From Candidatus Latescibacterota bacterium (GTDB lineage: Bacteria; Latescibacterota; UBA2968; UBA8231): DNA of 64,000 bases. The stretch spans positions 2,240,001-2,304,000 of the forward strand of contig CBDFJF010000002.1 of assembly GCA_965248265.1 (NCBI GenBank), written 5' to 3'. Below the pieces are notes generated by a model. The model was not told the origin of the DNA and did no database searches. It saw only the letters and a list, made by a program, of their open reading frames with translations. The position numbers were made by a program, and so were the translations under genes. Position 1 is the stretch's first letter, and each line of letters starts with the position of its first letter. Shown here piece by piece: positions 58,075 to 64,000 of this stretch.

Positions 58075-59451
58075 TCAACCGGTCTGCGATTGCCAGGGCC
58101 CCGTGATGGCCAGCGTGATGCCCGGACTCTGGATGTTCACGTAGAGCGTCCTGCCGTCCGCCGAAAAGGTGGCCCCGGCGAACTCGGACCCGTTGTAGGC
58201 GTTGCGCCCGAACTTGTAGAGCTCGCCGTCGGGTGTTACGCCGACGAGGAACTGCTGCTCCGGACCGTCTTCGCACAGGATGAGATCGCCCCACGGAGTC
58301 ACCGTCACGTTGTCCGCGTTCTCTACGAGGTCGGTGTCGTTGGGCTCGATAAAGAGCTCGAGCGTGCCCGGCGCGCTGGATTCGTCGGCCGTGCCCTCGT
58401 GCGCACTCGGCATGTAGCGCCAGATCTGTCCCTTCTTTTTAGCGCCACCGTTCGTGCAGGCGAAATACACCGCCTCACGTCCATACCACATGCCTTCACC
58501 ACGGGCGAAGACGGCTGCCCCTTTGGCGTGCCCCTGGTAGCGCAGGTCGTTTTCGGGCGACTCGACGTTCTCGATGTCGATCCAGCGCACACTGAACTGC
58601 TCTCCCGGTTGCACCGAGTGCTCTTCCCAGTTGCGCGTGTCCAGGCCCGGGCGGTCGGCGACGACGAGGGCCTGTAGTCTGCCGCCCTCGGCCAGCCGCG
58701 CCGGCCGCTGCGGAATGTATCGGTAAATCAGGCTGTCACTGGTGTCTTCCGTCTGGTAGACGATTCCCGACCTCGGATCGACGGCGACGGCTTCGTGCAC
58801 GAACCGACCCATCTCACGGAGCGGCAGGGGCGCAGCCCGATGGGTCCGGGCCCTCACCGGCACTTCGAAGTTGTATCCGTGGTCCTTTTCGAGGTCGTCA
58901 CCGGCTTTTTGTGTGGTCTCTTCGCAGGTGATCCAGCTTCCCCAGGGGGTGGGCCCGCCGGCGCAATTGCCCACCGTGCCCGCCAGGCTCATGTAGTGAT
59001 GCTCGCGTTCTCCAGCGGCGCTGAGGACGATCGTGCTGGTACCGCCCATGGGAGGATGTCCATGGGCAAGGTCATAGAACGCCTCCTCCGGCAGCTTCTT
59101 CAACTGGAAATTCTCGAGTCCGGTATCGGTACACTCGTCGTAGTTGCGACTCAGCTCGTGGTTACAGACCAGAATCGTGCGGCCATCGCTGCCCGCGAAT
59201 GCCGCCATGGCATCGGGCGCTCCCGGCACCGGGAGACCGTCATCCATGGGGTCTCCCGTACGGGACAGCACGCGGTAGGAGAACGCTTCCGGCAGGTCGA
59301 TGATCCGGTGCGGGTCGGAGAACAGGCGGCCGTAGCCGAAGCGTTCGGTCATCAGGCCCTCAGCGGCCCAGGCGACGTGGCGCTGCAGACCGTGGAATCC
59401 AATGGTGATAGCAGCGGCAGATTTCAGGAAGTGGCGTCTCGTTACGGGCAT
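58075..59451 (-). CDS. phoX: PhoX-family alkaline phosphatase, Tat-exported
   Basis: TRRHFLK Tat motif; NHE, NCAGGPTPWGSWITCEE, GRFVHEA, LCEDG, EFAGATFS, NIQSPG. Confidence 0.9.
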   Translation of the reverse strand: MPVTRRHFLKSAAAITIGFHGLQRHVAWAAEGLMTERFGYGRLFSDPHRIIDLPEAFSYRVLSRTGDPMDDGLPVPGAPDAMAAFAGSDGRTILVCNHELSRNYDECTDTGLENFQLKKLPEEAFYDLAHGHPPMGGTSTIVLSAAGEREHHYMSLAGTVGNCAGGPTPWGSWITCEETTQKAGDDLEKDHGYNFEVPVRARTHRAAPLPLREMGRFVHEAVAVDPRSGIVYQTEDTSDSLIYRYIPQRPARLAEGGRLQALVVADRPGLDTRNWEEHSVQPGEQFSVRWIDIENVESPENDLRYQGHAKGAAVFARGEGMWYGREAVYFACTNGGAKKKGQIWRYMPSAHEGTADESSAPGTLELFIEPNDTDLVENADNVTVTPWGDLILCEDGPEQQFLVGVTPDGELYKFGRNAYNGSEFAGATFSADGRTLYVNIQSPGITLAITGPWQSQTG

Positions 59452-59904
59452 GTCATGCTCCTTTCCTCGGCGCGGGCAGAGTAGTGCCCCGATCCGTACA
59501 ACACAAGTTAGAAACGATCACTGAACGTCTCACGCCACGGCCGGTTGATTTGTCGAGACGACATCTGCCCACCTGCTTTGGGTTACGGCGTCCCACAGGA
59601 GGAAGCCTATCCAGCTAGAGTGCAGGCACGCCTCGACTCGGCTCGGGATGCCGTTGCGCATCGTCAACGCCGGTTGTCGTGCAGATCGAGCAGCGGTGCC
59701 ACGCCCAATGCGACCAGAGTCGGCGTTGAGGGAGGGCATTCGCTGGACTCCTGCCTGAAATACTGCGTTCGCAGCTAACCGGATCGACTCAGGCGCTGCA
59801 GTTGGAGCACGGGGCCATAGGTCGTAGTAGACGACATCGCCCGTGCCGTGAAGAAGCTCGGCGAAAGCGCCGACCATGTGGGATAGGCACTCTGTCCATC
59901 AGCT

Positions 59905-60109
59905 CTAGTGTCCCGTCGCAGAAATATGTCGATATTCTTCCGCCGATTCATCCCCGCTCGCGGCGTGGGACCGAACTCTTGGAGTTCGGCCTCGTCCCTG
60001 AGCGCCTTCGCTCGCCGTATCCGACTGATACGACTTGCTCAGGCGCCTTGCGAGCAGGGTCGCCTCGGCGGCCAAATTTTGTCAACCTATTTCTGCGACG
60101 GGACACTAG
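59905..60109. mobile_element. 205-bp MITE with IS630-type ends
   Basis: Perfect 22-bp inverted ends CTAGTGTCCCGTCGCAGAAATA / TATTTCTGCGACGGGACACTAG; no transposase. Confidence 0.88.
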
Positions 60110-60360
60110 GTGCTTGCCCATCAGATCGCAGCAGGCCATGTCGAGGTTGAACGGACCGGTACTCATCACGTGGTCGAAGGGATCCGTGCCGATGTAGGGA
60201 TCCAAAAACTCCTGTGCGAACGTGGGTCCGACGCTCTCGCCAAGGCCGACCAACCCAGTGTCTGTATGAAACTTGTAGAGTGTGACTTGCTCGGTCATGG
60301 CGAAATGATGGTACTGCTTGCGGATTCGCTCCTCGTAGGGAACCTGGAGCGGGACTTGAC
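60106..60360 (-). pseudogene. N-terminal fragment of a paralog of the enolase-family gene 26800-28062, cut by the MITE
   Basis: VPYEERIRKQYHHFAM...FNLDMACCDLMGKHL then CTAG. Confidence 0.85.
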
Positions 60361-60559
60361 ACTCCATCAGGACCAAGGGTATCCCGGTGTACGGGATCGC
60401 CAGCCGATTCATTCGATCGCATGTGGCCACGGGTTTGGGAGATGATGAAACAATGTCCACTATTGATCGAGTGCCAGTGCTGGCAGTGGAGAACCTGGAT
60501 CGGGACGACTATCTTGTCGCCGAAGGACTGACCGGGACGTAAGATCATTTCAAGCAGGG

Positions 60560-61708
60560 ATGAACGGGATGAAAAGCTCTCAACCATACCAACTTGCCAT
60601 CATCCGCTCTGGAAAAACCGGCCGTGTTTCATCCTGGGACACCTCCGGTCGCAACAAGGACCGCTGGATCCTGGATCCAGGAGAGAGTCGCGTGCTCGCC
60701 GATATCGATGGCCCCGGGCTGATCACGCACATATGGATGACGCAACCCAGACATTACCGTGAGTGTCTGCTCAAGTTTACCTGGGACAACGCTCGCCATC
60801 CGAGCATCGTCTGTCCACTTGGAGACTTCTTCGGCCTGGGGCACAACATCGTCAACTCATACCAGTCTCACCTGTTTACGGCGTCAGCGCGAACGGACAA
60901 TCAGTTCAACAGCTTCTGCGCGCTCAACAGCTATGCCCCCATGCCGTTCCGTGAGCGCGCCGTCGTCGAACTCGTCAACGAGAGTTCCGAACAGCATGTC
61001 CAGTATTTCTACCTTGACTACGAAGCGCTCGAAGACAACCCGGATGAGCATCTCGGTTACTTTCACGCCGAATTTCGCAGGGAAAACCCATTCGGTGGCT
61101 GGGGACATGAGATCACTGTCAACGTACCGGAAGCCGACGTCGTCAACAAGGAGAGGATGGCGTGGGACAGCAACTACGTCATTCTCGAAACGAAGGGACG
61201 GGGTCACTACGTGGGCTGCAACCTGTCGGTTACCAATTTCCAGGGCACATGGTGGGGTGAGGGGGATGACATGATCTGGGTCGACGGCTACAAATGGCCT
61301 CCCGATCTGCACGGAACCGGCAGCGAGGATTATCTGAACCAGGCCTACGGCATGCAGGACAATGCCTTTCTCAGGAACGGCTCGTCGATTCATGAGGATA
61401 ACACCGGCGGGTACCAGACGAGTTACGTACACCACCTCGAAAACCCGGTCCGCTTTTCGCGCGAAATCAAGGTGACGATCGAGCACGGTCACGCCAATCA
61501 CCTGGCCAATGAGATGAGCAGCGTTGCGTACTGGTACGCGGAAGAGCCAACGAAGGTGGCGAAGGTACCGGCCGTCGCCAAGAGGATGGAGGTGAAGCGG
61601 GACAACCAGGGTGAGTGGCTGCACGAGAAGCGGACACAGTCCACTTCCAATCAAGTTCCGCTCAACCGCGAGATGCGCGCGAGCAAACAGAAATTCAAGA
61701 GCAAATGA
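60560..61708 (+). CDS. DUF2961 / GH172-family protein
   Basis: GPGLITHIWMT, PLGDFFG, YAPMPF, WWGEGD, GTGSEDY, IEHGHAN. Confidence 0.9.
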   Translation: MNGMKSSQPYQLAIIRSGKTGRVSSWDTSGRNKDRWILDPGESRVLADIDGPGLITHIWMTQPRHYRECLLKFTWDNARHPSIVCPLGDFFGLGHNIVNSYQSHLFTASARTDNQFNSFCALNSYAPMPFRERAVVELVNESSEQHVQYFYLDYEALEDNPDEHLGYFHAEFRRENPFGGWGHEITVNVPEADVVNKERMAWDSNYVILETKGRGHYVGCNLSVTNFQGTWWGEGDDMIWVDGYKWPPDLHGTGSEDYLNQAYGMQDNAFLRNGSSIHEDNTGGYQTSYVHHLENPVRFSREIKVTIEHGHANHLANEMSSVAYWYAEEPTKVAKVPAVAKRMEVKRDNQGEWLHEKRTQSTSNQVPLNREMRASKQKFKSK

Positions 61709-61719
61709 GGAGTGGAGGG

Positions 61720-63018
61720 ATGAACGAGGAACGCTTCGCGCGGATCCTACTCGCGTGGTTGATTTTACCGGGGTTGATCTCTGCTGAGCAGAGCCGCCCG
61801 GTGCCCGCTTTCCCAGGTGCGGAAGGTTTCGGGAAATACGCCGTTGGCGGACGCGGTGGGTCTATCTATTCCGTCACCAATCTGGACGACGCTGGACCCG
61901 GCTCTCTGCGCGAGGCGGTCAGTCGACCGAACCGAATTGTCGTCTTTCGGGTCTCCGGCACTATCGACCTCCAGTCACCTCTCGAAATCGCACAATCCAA
62001 TCTCACCATCGCCGGACAAACGGCCCCGGGTGACGGCATTTGCCTCAAGGGGAGTGGGACCTACATCAATGCCAACGACGTGGTCGTGCGCTATCTGCGC
62101 TGCCGGCCGGGCGACGAACAGAAGGAGCCGCACGATGGTCTCTCCATTTCGGGCGGCAAGCGCATCATCGTGGATCATTGCTCGGTGTCGTGGTCGGTCG
62201 ATGAGGCCCTCTCGGTTACGGGAACGACGACGGACGATATCACCATCCAGTGGTGTTTCGTGACGGAGAGTCTGGATGATTCCGTTCATCCCAAGGGTCC
62301 GCATGGAATGGGATCGTTGCTGCGGTTGCAGGATGGGCACTTGTCGATGCATCACAATCTCTACGCCCATCACCAGACGCGAAATCCGGCGATAGCCTCG
62401 TACAAAGACAGAACCATGCTTCTCGACTTTCGCAACAACGTCGTCTACGACTGGGGCGGGCATCCGTGCACGGGCGCCAAGGCCGGCTACTATGCGCGCT
62501 TGAACTACGTCGGCAACTACCTGCGGAGTGGAGCCTCCACGCTCGAGCAGAGAAGGGATTGGGCTTTCTTCGGCTGGAGCGTGGACACTCAGGTCTACCA
62601 GGCACAGAATCTGATCAACGGCAAAGACCTCGGTTGGGGCATGTTCCTGCGGACGTACTCAAAGGCAGCGCAAGCCTTCGGAGCCGAACCCGTTCAGACC
62701 GAGCCGGCCGAAGTCGCCTTCGACCGCGTTCTCGCCGAGGCGGGGGCTACTCGTCCGCGTCGAGATGCCGTCGACACTCGTATTGTGTCCCAGGTCAAAC
62801 ACAGGACGGGGCAAATCATCGACTCCCAGAGCCAGGTGGGAGGATGGCCTGCGCTCGAGTCTGCCCAACCGCCGCCTGACAGCGATGGGGACGGCATGCC
62901 CGACTCATGGGAACGGCAGATGGAGCTGCTACCCGATGACCCCGGCGACGGCAAGCTGGATCGAGACGGTGACGGCTACACCAATGTCGAAGAGTATCTG
63001 AACGGCACCGAGCCATGA
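61720..63018 (+). CDS. Secreted pectate lyase (PL1-type)
   Basis: AFPGAEGFG..GGRGG, AGQTAPGDG, IVDHCSVSWSVDE, RNP, DSDGDGMPDSWE, GYTNVEEYLN. Confidence 0.9.
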   Translation: MNEERFARILLAWLILPGLISAEQSRPVPAFPGAEGFGKYAVGGRGGSIYSVTNLDDAGPGSLREAVSRPNRIVVFRVSGTIDLQSPLEIAQSNLTIAGQTAPGDGICLKGSGTYINANDVVVRYLRCRPGDEQKEPHDGLSISGGKRIIVDHCSVSWSVDEALSVTGTTTDDITIQWCFVTESLDDSVHPKGPHGMGSLLRLQDGHLSMHHNLYAHHQTRNPAIASYKDRTMLLDFRNNVVYDWGGHPCTGAKAGYYARLNYVGNYLRSGASTLEQRRDWAFFGWSVDTQVYQAQNLINGKDLGWGMFLRTYSKAAQAFGAEPVQTEPAEVAFDRVLAEAGATRPRRDAVDTRIVSQVKHRTGQIIDSQSQVGGWPALESAQPPPDSDGDGMPDSWERQMELLPDDPGDGKLDRDGDGYTNVEEYLNGTEP

Positions 63019-63068
63019 TGCACCACATCCTCGGCAGTGCTCGCGGCACTCTCGTTGGCCTTTAAGGG

Positions 63069-63096
63069 TTGATATCAGTATCAATAGTGATACTAT
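63069..63096 (+). promoter_or_regulatory. Putative hicAB promoter with operator dyad
   Basis: TTGATA-16 bp-TACTAT overlapping AGTATCA-ATAG-TGATACT (63077-63094). Confidence 0.65.
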
Positions 63097-63100
63097 TAGG

Positions 63101-63160
63101 GAGCAGGTGCTACAGGCAATCGACAAGCTGGAGTATGAACATGGCGACGAAGAAGGATAA
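63101..63160 (+). pseudogene. Last ~19 codons of a HicA toxin
   Basis: EQVLQAIDKLEYEHGDEEG* resembles the YQVRQVLKAI..LE HicA tail and overlaps the hicB start. Confidence 0.6.
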
Positions 63161-63470
63161 ATACACCTACCGGGTAACATGGTCCGAGGATGACCGTGAA
63201 TACGTTGGTGTATGCGCGGAGTTTCCGAGTTTGAGCTGGTTGGCGTCGACCCAGGAGGGTGCTCTCAAGGGGATTCGGAGAGTCGTCAACCGCGTTGTGA
63301 AGGATCTTGCGTCAGCCGGAGAGCCCGTCCCTGAACCGCTGGCGGCCAAGAACTTCAGTGGCCGGTTTCTAGTACGTGTTCCGGAGGAGGTCCACCGGCG
63401 TCTCGCGATACATGCCGCCGAAACGGGTGTAAGTCTAAATCGTCTCGTCAGCGCAAAGTTGAGCCGCTGA
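63141..63470 (+). CDS. hicB: HicB antitoxin
   Basis: YTYRVTWSEDD.EYVG.CAEFPSLSWLA; SGRFLVRVPEEVHRRLA..A...GVSLNRLV (RHH). Confidence 0.9.
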   Translation: MATKKDKYTYRVTWSEDDREYVGVCAEFPSLSWLASTQEGALKGIRRVVNRVVKDLASAGEPVPEPLAAKNFSGRFLVRVPEEVHRRLAIHAAETGVSLNRLVSAKLSR

Positions 63471-63490
63471 CAGCGCAGGGGGAAGACAGC

Positions 63491-64000
63491 ATGGCAACTG
63501 TAGCATTCATCACCGAAGACGGAGCTTCTCACCGTCCTGCTTACCAGCAGGCGATCCGCGATGTCGACCTGATCGAGCGCGCGGTGCTGGTGGATTCGGA
63601 TGGTGCCACCTTCGATGAGACTCAACAGGTCTGCGGGGAAAAAGTCGCCGGATGCGAGACCTCCATCGACTCCATGTTGGAGACGGTTCGTCCGGATATG
63701 GCTATCGTGACGATGAAGGGGGCACACGCTCCGCCGGTGATCCGCCCGCTGCTCGAAGCGGGCATCCATGTCCTGGCCGAAAAGCCAGCCTGCGTCGATC
63801 CCGATGACTTCGCCGATCTGGCCGTACTGGCTGGTCGCAAGGGGGTTCACCTCATGCTGGCGTTCGCCCAGCGTCTGCACCAGCCGAACATCGACGCCTG
63901 CCGCATAGTCGCAGACGGGGAAATCGGCGAGCTGTATGCCGTGCAGGCCACCCAGGTGGACGACCAGGCTCGCATTCAGCGGCGCCTCGACAGGGGGGAC
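63491..64000 (+). CDS. Gfo/Idh/MocA oxidoreductase, runs off the right edge (not in ORF track)
   Basis: MATVAFI...RPDMAIV...LEAGIHVLAEKP...GEIGEL. Confidence 0.85.
   Translation, partial: MATVAFITEDGASHRPAYQQAIRDVDLIERAVLVDSDGATFDETQQVCGEKVAGCETSIDSMLETVRPDMAIVTMKGAHAPPVIRPLLEAGIHVLAEKPACVDPDDFADLAVLAGRKGVHLMLAFAQRLHQPNIDACRIVADGEIGELYAVQATQVDDQARIQRRLDRGD

Noticed and set aside
59530-59877. ORFs spanning the 200-bp repeat (also 57740-58294) as genes
   Set aside because: The two copies differ by frameshifting indels and have no RBS-supported start; treated as decayed sequence
1-64000. CRISPR array, DGR or retron
   Set aside because: No regularly spaced short repeats, no cas or reverse transcriptase motifs, and differences between repeat pairs are not adenine-restricted by eye

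Overview
GC-rich bacterial chromosomal DNA with no core housekeeping genes. Gene content includes four PhyH-type Fe(II)/2-oxoglutarate dioxygenases, sulfatases, many uncharacterised glycoside-hydrolase-like proteins, FlgD-Ig-tailed secreted proteins, a DUF6785-type membrane protein and kelch/NHL/FN3 proteins. This resembles Candidatus Latescibacterota/Poribacteria-type marine or sponge heterotrophs (inference only). About 45 intact CDS are visible, including a compact MerR-controlled operon with no merA. The most unusual feature is the architecture. Intergenic DNA is a mosaic of short gene shards, and four intact genes are each bracketed by their own 74-435 bp direct repeat. A recurring ~75-125 bp element carries dif-like/tyrosine-recombinase-like palindromic sites and an outward-facing sigma70-like promoter, and it sits at gene-truncation breakpoints. 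Also present: a tRNA-Leu 3' half (att-like), a truncated IS481, a 205-bp IS630-type MITE, and two toxin-antitoxin loci whose toxins are disabled. All family calls come from motif recognition by eye; no database search was run.
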